NCBI GenBank assembly: GCA_030390025.1 | Contig: JASTWF010000035.1 | Coordinates: forward strand, 3,224,001 to 3,288,000 | Direction: 5' to 3' | From: Squalus acanthias | Lineage: Eukaryota | Length of the DNA stretch: 64,000 nt | In this document: in pieces, positions 50,862 through 63,059 of the stretch | How positions within the stretch are numbered: the first letter of the stretch is position 1 | Layout: each line of letters opens with the position of its first letter | Translations under genes and position numbers: made by a program | Notes under the pieces: model-generated | Seen by the model: only the letters and a program-made list of their open reading frames with translations | What the model was told of the DNA's origin: nothing | The model's database searches: none

Positions 50862-52918
50862 AGCGAAGAAGTCTTGCTCGAACTTGTGCATGAAGATGTT
50901 GGCGTATTGGGGTGCGAATTTGGTCCCCATGGCTGTTCCGTGTGTTTGGGTAAAAAAATGGTTGTCGAAGGTGAAGACATTGTGGTCAAGGATGAAGCGG
51001 ATGAGTTGTAGGATGGCGTCTGGAGTTGTCGGTATGCTTCTTTGCAATAGTCCATTCTGTTCTGTATGACGATGGCTCCTCCTTTGTCCGCTGGTTTGAT
51101 GACGATGTTGCGGTTGGTCTTGAGAGCGTGGATGGCGTTGCGTTGTGCTCGGGTGACATTCTGGACTGTCTTGTGAGTACGGCTGATGAATGTGGCGTTG
51201 ATGCATTTCCTGACGTATCGGCACTCTACACCAATATCCCCCACAATGACGGCATCGCTGCGACAGCCTCAGTACTCAACACCAACAACAGCCAATCTCC
51301 AGACGCCATCCTACAACTCATCCGCTTCATCCTTGACCACAATGTCTTCACCTTCGACAACCATTTTTTTACCCAAACACACGGAACAGCCATGGGGACC
51401 AAATTCGCACCCCAATACGCCAACATCTTCATGCACAAGTTCGAGCAAGACTTCTTCGCTGCACAGGACCTCCAACCAACGCTGTACACCAGATACATCG
51501 ACGACATCTTCTTCCTTTGGACCCACGGCGAAGGATCACTGAAAGGACTACACGATAGCATCAACAGGTTCCATCCCACCATCAAACTCACCATGGACTA
51601 CTCCTCAGAATCGGTTTCATTCTTGGACACACGAATCTCCATCAAAGACGGACGCCTCAGCACTTCACTCTACCGCAAGCCCACGGACAACCTCACGATG
51701 CTCCACTTCTCCAGCTTCCACCCTAACCACGTTAAAGAAGCCATCCCCTATGGACAAGCCCTGCGAATACACAGGATCTGCTCAGACGAGGAGGAACGCG
51801 ATGGATACCTACGGACACTGAAAGACGCTCTCGTAAGAACGGGATATGACGCTCGACTCGTCGATCGACAGTTCCGACGGGCCATAGCGAAAAACCGCAT
51901 AGACCTCCTCAGAAGACGAACACGGGACACAACCAACAGAGTACCCTACGTCGTCCAGTACTTCCCCGGAGCGGAAAAACTACGCCATGTTCTTCGCAGC
52001 CTTCAACATGTCATCGATGACGACGAACACCTTGCTAAGGCCATCCCCATGCCTCCACTACTCGCCTTCAAGCAGCCACCTAACCTCAAAAGTACCATCG
52101 TTCGCAGCAGATTACCCACCTTTCAGGAGAACAGCAACCACGACACCACACAACCCTGCCACGGCAACCTCAGCAAGACATGCCAAATCATGGACACAGA
52201 TACCATCATTACACGTGAGGACACTACCCACCAGGTACATGGTACATACTCATGTGACTCGGCCAACGTTGTCTACCTGATACGTTGCAGTAAAGGATGC
52301 TCCAGAGCATGGTACATCGGCGAGACCATGCAGACACAGACAACGTATGAACGGACACCGCGCAACAATCGCCAGGCAGGAGGGTAGCCTCCCAGTCGGG
52401 GAACACTTCAGCAGTCAGGGGCATTCAGCCTCGGATCTGCGGGTAAGCGTTCTCCAAGGCGGCCTTCGGGATACACGACAGCGCAAAATCATAGAGCAGA
52501 AACTGATAGCCAAGTTCCGCACTCATGAGGATGGCCTCAATCGCGATATCGGGTTCACGTCACGATACAGAACGTGACTTGACATCATGGCCGGTCTTTC
52601 CAGGTTTTGTTTTAAAAACACAAATGGAGAGGATATGCAGCCAGCAGGTGTTTTGACACGTTGGACCCCCTGGGACACATCTCATTGTCTTGGCTGTGCT
52701 CTTATGTGTCTTTGATGTAGGGAAAGATTTGAATAGATTTTTTTGTGTTTATATTGTGAATTCTGGGAGATTCTCTCACAGCTACCTTACCTGAAGAAGG
52801 AGCGAACAGCTCCGAAAGCTTGTAAAATTAAATAAATCTGTTGGACTATAACCTGGTGTTGTGCGACGTGTCATTTTTGTCCACCCCAGTCCAACGCCGG
52901 CATCTCCACATCATGACT
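50862..52918 (+). mobile_element. Penelope-like element (probably Neptune type): inverted 5' part, RT plus GIY-YIG endonuclease, 3' pseudo-LTR
   Basis: DVSALYTNIP, GTAMG, RYIDDIFF, FLD and YRKPT; Cys linker PCHGNLSKTC; NVVYLIRC..WYIGET, R.NGH, VGEHF and GLN. One frameshift near 52340. The clade is inferred from the Cys-rich linker. Confidence 0.95.
52787..52825 (+). ncRNA. Minimal type I hammerhead ribozyme in the Penelope pseudo-LTR
   Basis: TTAC (stem I) CTGAAGA A GGAGC-gaaca-GCTCC (stem II) GAAA GC TT GTAA (stem I'). The palindromic AAGCTT stands in for stem III. AATAAA follows at 52831. Confidence 0.82.
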
Positions 52919-54407
52919 AATTATATAGGGCCTTGGTGAGACCACACCTGGAGTACTGTGTACAATTTTGGACTCCTTACCTAAGGAAGGATATACTTGC
53001 CATAGAGGGAGTGCAACGAAGGTTCACGAGATTGATTCCTGGGATGGCGGGACTGTCGTATGAGAAGAGATTGAGTAAACTAGGCCTGTATTCTCTTGAA
53101 TTCAGAAGAATTAGAGGGAATCTCATTGAAGCATACAAAATTATTACAGGGTTTGATAGGATGGATGCTGGGAGAATGTTTCCCTTGGCTGGGGAGTCTA
53201 GAACCAGGGGCCACAGCCTCAGGGTAAAGGGTAGGCCATTCAGGACTGAGATGAGAAGAAATTTCTTCACACAGAGGGTGGTGAATCTTTGGAATTCTCT
53301 ACCCCAGAGGGCTGTGGAGGCTCAGTCATTGGGTATATTCAAAACAGAAGTCGATAGATTTCTGACTAGTAAGGGCACCCAGGGATATGGCAATAGAGCT
53401 GGTGAATAGAGTTGAGGCAGAAGATCAGCCATGATCTCATTGAATGGTGGAGCAGGCTCGAAGGGCCGAATAGGCTACTCCTGCTCCTATGTCTTATGTT
53501 CTTATCCAGCCTTTCTATGACCTCCTCTTTATCAATTTTTATCCCATCCAGTATCTCAACTACCTCCTCTTTCACTATGACTTTGGCAGCATCTTATTCC
53601 TTGGTAGAGACAGATGCAAAGTGCTCATTTAGTACCTCAGCCATGCCCTCTGCCTCCATTCGTAGGTCTCGATTTTGGTCCCTAATCAGCCCCACCCCTC
53701 CTCTTACCACCCGATAACTATCTATATGCATATAGATGACATTTGGATTCCCTTTTATGTTAGCTGCCAATCTACTCTCATACTCTCTCTTTGCCACTCC
53801 TATTTCATAAGAAATAGAAGCAGGAGTAGGTAATTTGGCCCTTCGAGCCTGCTCCGCCATTCAATAAGATCATGGCTGATGATCTGCCTCATCTCCACTT
53901 TCCTGCACTATCCCCATATCCCTTGATTCCCTTAATATTCAAAAATCTATCGATCTCTGTCTTGAATATACTCAACGACTGAGCCTCCACAGCCCTCTGG
54001 GGTAGAGAATTCCAAAGATTCACCACCCTCTGAGTGAAGAAATTTCTCCTCATCTCAGTCCTAAATGGCCGACACCATACTCTGAGACTGTGACCCCTGG
54101 TTCTAAACTCCCCAGGCAGGGGAGACATCCTCCCTGCATCTACCCTGTCAAGCCCTGTAAGAATTTTGTATGTTTCAATGAGATCAGCTCTTATTCTTCT
54201 AAACTCTAGAGAAGAAAGGCTTAGTCTGCTCAATCTCTCCTCATAGGCCATCCCCCCCAATCCAGGAACCAGTCTGGTGAACCTTCGTTGCACTCCCTCT
54301 ATGGCAAGTATATCCTTTCTTAGGTAAGGAAAACCAAACTGTACACAATACTCCAGGTGTGGTCTCACCAGGGTCCTATATAATTGCAGTAAGACGTCTT
54401 TACTCTT
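52919..54407. mobile_element. CR1 3' fragments (plus 52919-53500, minus 53501-53805, minus 53806-54407)
   Basis: ORFs 52933-53409, 53594-53860 and 53889-54368; typical CR1 tails. Confidence 0.88.
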
Positions 54408-56326
54408 ATAGAATCATAGAAAGTTAAAGCACGGAAGGAGGCCATTTTGGCCCATTGTGTCCGCGCCGGCCAACAAAGAGCTATCCAGCCCAATCCCACT
54501 ACCCAGCTCTTGGTCCGTAGCCCTCCAGGTTACAGCATCCCAAGTGCCCATCCAAGTACTTTTTAAATATGGTTAGGGTTCCTGCCTCTACCACCCTTTC
54601 AGGCAGTGAGTTCCAGACCCCCACAACCCTCTGGGTGAAGAAATTTCCCCTCAAATCCCCTCGAAACCTTCCCCCAATTACTTTAAATCTGTGCCACCTG
54701 GTTTTTGACCCCTCTGCTAAGGGAAATAGGTCCTTTCTATCCACTTTATCTATGCCCCTCATACTTTTATACACCTCTAAGTCTCCACTCAGCCTCCTCC
54801 ATTCCAAGGAAAACAGACCCAGCCTATCCAGTCTTTCCTCATAGCTAAGATTCTCTACTCCCGGCAACATCCTTGTAAATCTCCTCTGTACCCTCTCTAG
54901 TGCAATCACATCTTTCCTGTAATGTGGTGACCAGAACTGCATGCAGTACTCTAGCTGAGGCCTAACTAGTGTTTTATACAGTTGAAGCATAACCCCCTGC
55001 TCTTGTATTCTATGCCACGGCTAATAAAGGCAAGCATTCCGTATGCCTTCTTAACTACCTTATCTACTTGGCCTGCTACCTTCAGGGATCTGTGGACATG
55101 CACTCCAAGGTCCCTTTGTTCCTCTACACTACTCAGTGTCATACCATTTAATGTGTATTCCCTTTCCTTGTTAGCCCTCCCCAGATACATTACCTCACAC
55201 ATCTCTGAATTGAATTCCATTTGCCACTGTTCTGCCCACCTGACCAATTTATTGATATCTTCCTGCAGTCTGCAGCTTCCTTCTTCAGTATCAACCACAC
55301 AGCCGATTTTAGTATCCTCTGCAAACTTCTTAATCATACCCCCGATATTCAAGTCTAGATCATTGATAGATACCACAAAAAGCAAGGGACCTTGTACTGA
55401 GCCCTGTGGAACCCCACTGGAAACAGCCTTCCAGTCACAAAAACACCCATCAACCATTGCCCTCTGCTTCCTGTCTCCAAGCCAGTTTTGAATCCAACTT
55501 GATACTTTGCACTGGATCCCATGGGCTTTTAACTTCATGACCAGTCTGCCATGTGGAACCTTATCAAAAGCCTTGCTAAAGTCCATATACACTACATCAA
55601 ACGCACTATCCTCATCTACCCTCCTTGTTACCTTCTCAAAAAATTCAATCAAGTTTGTCAGACATGACCTTCCCTTAACAAATCCGTGCTGACTATCCTT
55701 GATTGATCCGTGTCTTTCTAAATGAAGCTTTATCCTTTCCTTCAGAATTCTTTCCAATAATTTTCCCACCACCGAGGGTAGGCTGACTGGCCGGTAATTA
55801 CTCAGTCTATCCTTTTCTCCCTTTTTAAACAAGGGTACCACATTAGCAGTCCTCCAGTCCTCCGGCACCACACCTGAAGCCAGAGTGGATTGAAAAATTA
55901 TGGTCAGGGCCTCTGCTATTTCCTCTTTTGCTTCGCTTAACAGCCTGGGATACATTTCATCCGGGCCTGGGGATTTATCCACTTTTAAAGCTGCTGAACC
56001 CCTTAATACTTCCTCTCTCACTATGTTTATTTCATCTAATATTTCACACTCCTTCCCCCCCCCCCCCGATAGCAATGTCTGCTTCGCCCCTCCTTTGTGA
56101 AAACAGACGCAAAGTATTCATTAAGAACACTACTGACGTCTCCCACCTCCACACACAGATTACCATCATGATCTCTAATAGGCCCTACCCTTTCTTTAGT
56201 TATCCTCTTACTCTTAATATATTTATAAAACATCTTTTGGGTTTTCCTTCATTTTACTTGCCAAGAATTTTTCATGCTCTCTTTACTTTCCTAATATCAT
56301 TTTTAATTGTACCCCTGCACTTTCTG
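54408..56326 (-). mobile_element. CR1 ORF2 RT region and tail; its upstream part continues at 63060-64000
   Basis: ORFs 54499-54990, 54966-56075 and 56036-56233. Confidence 0.92.
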
Positions 56327-58681
56327 AGAGGCCGGTGTCGGGAGCAACAGGAGAGTACAGTGAGTATTTAAACTCACTTTCGCGGGCTTTTTTACAGAGG
56401 CTTGCCAATCTCAGACCGGCGGCGGCGTTCCAGAGCCACGTCACGATTTAAAAAGTGATGCGGGCAAGAGGAAGCAGCTGATTGGGTGAGTATTTATACT
56501 ACTCTATAGTTTGACAGTTAAGGTTAATAGTTTATAAAGTTTAGAAGGTCTTAATTTTTGTGGTTTGTAAGGTCTCTGTTGTGTAGCGGGGAGTGATAGT
56601 AAACAAGGGCCCTTGAGTATATCATTTAATTTTAGTGTAATTAGTGGTTTTGATTTAAATTAATTAAAGGGTAAGTCGTGGCAGCACAGCTCGGCCCCAT
56701 GCACTATGTGGGAAATCAGGGACACTTCCTGTGTCCCTGACGACCATGTATGCGGGAAGTGTATCCAGCTGCAGCTACTGGCAGACCGCATTGCGGCGCT
56801 GGAGCTGCGAATGGATACATACTGGAGCATTCGCGATGCTGAGGACATCGTGGATAGCACGTTTAATGAGTTGGTGACACCGCAGGTAAAGGCTGCACAG
56901 GCAGGAAGGGAATGGATGACCGCCAGGCAGAGTAGTAGGCGCAGGCAGGTAGTGCAGGGGTCCCCTGTGGCCATCCCCCTCTCAAACAGATATACCACTT
57001 TGGATATTGTTGAGGGAGATGGCTTATCGGGGGAAGGCAGCAGCAGCCAACTTCCTGGCACCATGGGTGGTTCTGCTGCACAGGATGGGAGGAAAAAGAG
57101 CGGGAGAGCTATCGTGATAGGGATTCTATTGTAAGGGGAATAGGTAGGCATTTCTGCGGCCGCAAACGAGACTCCAGGATGGTATGTTGCCTCCCTGGTG
57201 CAAGGGTCAAGGATGTCTCGGGGCGGCTGCAGGGCATTCTGGAGGGGGAGGGTTAACAGCCAGTTGTCATGGTGCATATAGGTACCAATGATATAGGTAA
57301 AAAATGGGATGAGGTCCTAAAAGCTGAATATAGGGAGTTAGGAGGTAAATTAAAAAAAAAAAAAATAGGACCTCAAAGGTAGTAATCTCAGGATTGCTAC
57401 CAGTGCCACGTGCTAGTCAGAGTAGAAATAGAAGGATATTTCAGATGAATATGTGGCTAGAGGAATGGTGCAAGAGGGAGGGATTCAAATTCCTGGGACA
57501 TTGGAACCGGTTCTGGGGGAGGTGGGACCAGTACAAACTGGACGGTTTGCACCTAGGCAGGACCGGGACCGATGTCCTAGGGGGAGTGTTTGCTGGTGCT
57601 GTTGGTGAGGGTTTAAACAAAAATGGCAGGGGGTTGGAACCTGTGCAGGGAGACAGGAAAGGGGAGCAAGGATAGAAACAAAAGACCGGAAGGTGAAAAG
57701 CAAAAGTGGAAGGCAGAGAAATCAAGGGTGTAAATGAAACAGGGCTACAGTAAATAATAATTCTAAAAGGACTAAGTGTTAAAAAAACAAGCCTGAAGGC
57801 TTTGTGTCATAAAGCGAGGACCATTCGTAAGAAGGTGGATGAATTAGCTGCGCAAATAGATGTAAGCGGATATGATATAATTGGGGTTACGGAGACATGG
57901 ATCCAGGGTGACCAAGGCTGGAAATTCAACATCCAGGGGTATTCAATATTCAGGAAGGACAGGCAAAAAGGAAAAGGAGGTGGGGTAGCATTGCTGGTTA
58001 AAGAGGAGATTAACACAATAGTAAGGAAGGATATTAGCTCTGATGTGGAATCTGTATGGGTAGAGCTCAGAAATACCATGGGGCAGAAAACGTTAGTGGG
58101 AGTTGTATACAGACCCCCAAACAGTAATGCTGAGGTTGGGGATGGCATTAAATGGGAAATTAGAGACGCGTGCAATAAGGGCACAGCAGTTATCATGGGT
58201 GACTTTAATCTACATATAGATTGGGCTAACCAAATTAGTAACAATACTATGGAGGAGGAATTCCTGGAGTGTGTACGGGATGGCTTCCTGGACCAATATG
58301 TCGAGGAACCAAATAGAGACCAGGCCATCTTAAACTGGGTATTATGTAATGAGAGGATTAATTAGCAATCTTGTTGTGTGAGGCCGCTTGGGGAGGAGCG
58401 ATCATAATATGATAGAATTCTTCATTAAGATGGAGAGTGAAGTAGTTGACTCAGACTGGGGTCCTGAATGTAAATAAAGGAAACTACGATGGTATGAGGC
58501 ACGAGTTGGCTAGGATGGATAGGGGAACGTTACTTAAAGGGTTGACGGTGGATAGGCAATGGCAAACATTTAAAGATCGCATGGATGAACTACAGAATTT
58601 GTTCATCCCTGTTTGGCATAAAAATAAAACAAAAAAGGTGACTCAACTGTGGCTAACAAGGGAAATTAGGGATAGCATAAG

Positions 58682-58875
58682 ATCCAAGGAGGACATATAA
58701 ATTGGCCAGAAAAAGCAGCAAACCTGAGGATTGGGAGCAGTTTAGGATTCAGCAAAGGAGGACAAAGGGATTAATTCAATCCAAGGAGGGCATATAAATT
58801 GGCCAGAAAAAGCAGCAAACCTGAGGATTGGGAGCAGTTTAGGATTCAGCAAAGGAGGACAAAGGGATTAATTCA
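58682..58875 (+). repeat. 97-bp tandem duplication inside CR1 ORF2
   Basis: 58682-58778 is repeated at 58779-58875 with one visible mismatch. Confidence 0.93.
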
Positions 58876-60323
58876 GAGGGGGAAAATAGAATATGAGAGT
58901 AAGCTTGCAGGGAACATAAAAACTGACTGTATAAGCTTCTATAGATATGTGAAGAGAAAAAGATTGGTGAAATCAAGTGCAGGTCCCTTGCAGTCAGAAT
59001 CAGGGGAATTTATAATGGGGAACATAGAAACGGCAGACCAATTAAATACATACTTTGGTTCTGTCTTCACAAAGGAGGACACAAATAACCTCCCAGAGAT
59101 GTTGGGGAACATAGGGTCTAATGAGAGGGAGGAATTGAATGAAATCAGTATTTGTAGGGAAATGGTGTTTGGGAAATTGACGGGATTGAAGGGCCTGATA
59201 ATCTACATCCTAGGGTATTTAAGGAAGTGGCCCTAGAAGTAGTAGATGCATTGCTGGTCATCTTCTAACATTCTATAGACTCGAACAGTTCCCATGGATT
59301 AGAGGGTAGCTAATGTAACCCCACTATTTTAAAAAGGTGGTAGAGAGAAAACGGGGAATTCTGGACCGGTAAGCCTGACATCGGTTGTGGGGAAAATGCT
59401 AGAGTCCATTATAAAAGATGTAATAGCAGAACACTTGGAAAACAGTGACAGGATCGGACAAAGTCAACATGGATTTATAAAAGTGAAATCATGCTTGACT
59501 AATCTACTGGAATTTTTTGAGGATGTAACTGGTAGAATAGATAAGGGAGAACCAGTGGATGTGGTATATTTGGACTTTCAGAAGGCTTTCGATAAGGTCC
59601 CGCATAAGAGATTAGCGTGCAAAGTTAAAACACATGGGATTGGGGGTAAGGTACTGACTTGGATAGAGAACTGGTTGGCAGACAGGAAGCAAAGAGTTGG
59701 AATAAACGGGTCTTTTTCCGAGTGGCAGGCAGTGACTAGTGGGGTACCGCAGGGATCGGTGCTGGGACCCCAGCTATTCACAATATATATTAATGATCTA
59801 GACAAGGGAACTAGATGTAATATCTCCAAGTTTGCAGACGACACAAAGCTGGGTGGGCATGTATGCTGTGAGGAGGATGCAGAGAAACTCCAGTATGATT
59901 TGGACTGGTTGGGTGATTGGGCAGATGCAGTGTAATGTGGATAAATGCGAGGTTATCCACTTTGGTGGCAAAAACAGGAAGACAGATTATCTGAATGGCA
60001 ATAGATTGGGAAAAGGGGAAGTGCAACGAGACCTGGGTGTCCTTGTGCACCAGTCGCTGAAGGTAAGCATGCAGGTGCAGCAGGCGGTTAAGAAGGCAAA
60101 TGGCATGTTGTCCTTCATAGCGAGAGGATTCGAGTACAGGAGCAAGGATGTCTTGCTGCAGTTGTACAGGGCCTTTGTGAGACCACACCTTGAGTATTGT
60201 GTGCAGTTTTGGTCGCCTTATCTGAGCAAGGATGTTCTTGCCATGGAGGGAGTGCAGCGAAGATTCACCAGACTGGTACATGGGATGGCAGGAATGACGT
60301 ATGAAGAGAGATTGGGTCGATTA

Positions 60324-62642
60324 CATAGATACATAGATACATAGAAGATAGGAGCAGGAGTAGGCCATCCGGCCCTTCGAGCCTGCTCCGCCATTTAATG
60401 AGATCATGGCTGATCCTCCAATTCAGTATCCCGTCCCCGCCTTCTCTCCGTAACCCTTAACCCCTTTTGCCTGTAGAAATATATCTAATTCCCTCTTAAA
60501 TATATTTAATGAGCTGGCGTCCACTGCCCTCTGTGGCAATGAGTTCCACAGGTTCACCACCCTCTGAGTGAAGAAATTCCCCCTCATTTCTGTCCTAAAT
60601 GGTTTAGCCCTTATCCTTAAATTATGTCCTCTAGTTCTGTTCTCACCCGCCAAGGGAAACATTCCTTCTGCATCTAGTCTGTCTAGACCTGTCAGAATTT
60701 TATACACTTCTATGAGGTCCCCTCTCAATCTTCTAAACTCCAGTGTGTACATCCCTAAACTACATAGTCTCTCCTCATAGGTCAATCCCGCCATTCCTGG
60801 TATCAGCCTGGTGAATCGCCGCTGCACCCCCTCCATGGCAAGAACATCTTTCCTCAGATGAGGCGACCAAAACTGTACACAGTACTCGAGGTGTGGTCTC
60901 ACCAGTGCCCTGTACAGCTGCAGCAAGGTATCCCTGTTCCTGTATTCCAACCCTTTTGCTATGAAGGCCAGCATACCGTTTGCCTTCTTGACCGCCTGTT
61001 GCACCTGCATGCTCGCCTTCAGTGACTGGTGTACAAGAACACCCAGGTCTCTCTGTACTTCCCCCTCTCCCAATTTATTGCCATTCAAATAATAATTTGC
61101 CCTCCCGTTCCTGCACCCAAGGTGGATAACTTCGTACTTGTCCACATTATAGTGCATCTGCCATTTATCCGCCCAATCACCCAGTCTGTCCAAATCGCTC
61201 TGGAGCTTCCTGGTCTCCTCCTCTGAGCCCACCCCCCCTCCTAGTTTAGTGTCGTCTGCAAATTTGGAAATGCTGCATCCGACTCCCTGATCCAGGTCAT
61301 TAATGTAAATTGTGAACAGCTGGGGACCCAGGACAGATCCCTGTGGTACCCCACTTGTTACTGCCTGCCATTCAGAAAATGAGCCGTTTATTCCAACTCT
61401 CTGTTTTCTATCTGACAGCCAGTTCTCTATCCACGTCAATACTTTCCCCTTTATCCCATGAGCTTCAATTTTCCATGCTAATCTTTTATGTGGGACCTTA
61501 TCGAAGGCCTTTTGGAAGTCCAGGTACACCACATCTACTGGCTCTCCCCCATCTATTTTACCAGTTACTCCCTCAAAAAATTCCAATAGATTAGTCAAGC
61601 ACGATTTACCCTTTGTAAATCCATGTTGACTCTGTCCTATCCTGTCCCCATTTGCTAAGTGCTCCGCTATTTCATCCTTAATGATGGACTCCAGCATTTT
61701 GCCCACAACTGATGTAAGGCTTACAGGTCTGTAATTACCTGCTTTTTCCCTACCCCCCTTTTTGAATAGTGGGGTAACGTTAGCTACCCTCCAATCCATG
61801 GGCACTGTTCCCGAGTCTAATGAATTCTGAAAAATCATACTTAGTGCATCCGCTATCTCTAGGGCCACCTCCTTCAGTACCCTAGGATGCATGTTATCAG
61901 GCCCTGGGGATTTGTCCGCCTTCAATCCCTTTAGCTTCCTTAACACCATATCCTTAGAGATATTGATTTGCGTCAGTTCCTCCTTTGCCAATGTCCCTAT
62001 TTTTCCCGATATCCCAGGGAGGTTTTTTGTGTCTTCCTTCGTAAAGACTGACCCAAAGTATGCATTTAGTTGGTCTGCCATTTCCTTATTTCCCGTTATA
62101 TATTCCCCCGTATCTGACTGCAATGGACCAACTTTGGTTTTCACCAGTCTTTTCCTCTTGATATACTTATAAAAGCTTTTGGAGTTAGTTTTTATATTTT
62201 CCGCCAGCTTGCTTTCGTAAGCTATTTTGCCCCTCTTGATTAAGCCCTTTGTTCTCCTTTGCTCTATCTTAAACTGTTCCCAATCTTCCGCTCTGGCGCT
62301 TTTTTTGGCTATTTTATACGCCCTATCTTTGGATTTTATGCTGTCTCTAATTTCCCCTGTTATCCACGGTTGAGTCACCTTTTTAGATTTCCTTTTATGC
62401 CAGATTGGTATAAACAATTTTTGCAATTTTGTCATTCTATCTTTAAATGCTTGCCATTGTTTATCTACCTCCAGTCCTCCCAGGAACGTTGTCCAATCAG
62501 ACCTACTCAGTTCCCGTCTAATGGCATCATAATTCCCCTTGTTTAAATTCAGGACCTTAGTCTCTGAGTCAATTTCTTCGCTCTCCATTTCGAGTGAGAA
62601 ATCGATCATGTTATGATCGCTCTGACCCAAGGGTCCCCATAC
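60324..62642 (-). mobile_element. Young CR1 subfamily, copy C (longest, from the APE C-terminus to the tail, open frame)
   Basis: 755-aa ORF 60423-62690 (the first ~16 aa come from host sequence), ATTA duplication, near-identical to copy B. Confidence 0.96.
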
Positions 62643-63059
62643 ATTAGGCTTATATTTGCTAGAGTTTAGAAGAATGAGAGGGGATCTCATTGAAACTTAT
62701 AAAATTCTAACCGGACTAGACAGACTAGATGCAGGAAGGATGTTCCCAATGGCGGGGGAGTCCAGAACCAGGGGTCACATTCTAAGGATAAGGGGTAAGC
62801 CATTTAGGACTGAGATGAGGAATTTCTTCAGCCAGAGAGTGGTGAACCTGTGGAATTCTCTACCACAGAAGGCAGTTGAGGCCGATTCATTAAATATATT
62901 CAAGAAGGAGTTAGAGATATTTCTTAAGGCTAAAGGGATCAAGGGATGTGGGGAGAAAGCAGGGACAGGGATTTGGATGATCCGCCATTTAATGAGATCA
63001 TGACTGAATAGGCTCGAGGGGCCAAATGGCCTACTCCTGCTCCTATCTTCTATGTTAAT

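Larger units (their letters stand above)
56327..63056 (+). mobile_element. Near full-length CR1 LINE (5' UTR, ORF1 ~56678-57620, ORF2 ~57790-62990, tail), inactivated and interrupted by young copy C
   Basis: HVCGKCIQLQLL zinc finger/zipper, GDS/HIGTND/DGLH esterase, APE 57802-58365, RT 59387-60320 resuming at 62643. Same family as the triplicated fragment. Confidence 0.93.

Noticed and set aside
51026..52577. Penelope ORF as a functional or selenocysteine-recoded protein
   Set aside because: The N-terminus is inverted sequence, a frameshift splits the GIY-YIG domain, and I saw no in-frame TGA at Cys positions.
46671..62646. Sequence-specific ATTA target for the young CR1 subfamily
   Set aside because: The motif is in opposite orientation relative to copies B and C and differs at copy A. 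Short tail microhomology is enough to explain it.
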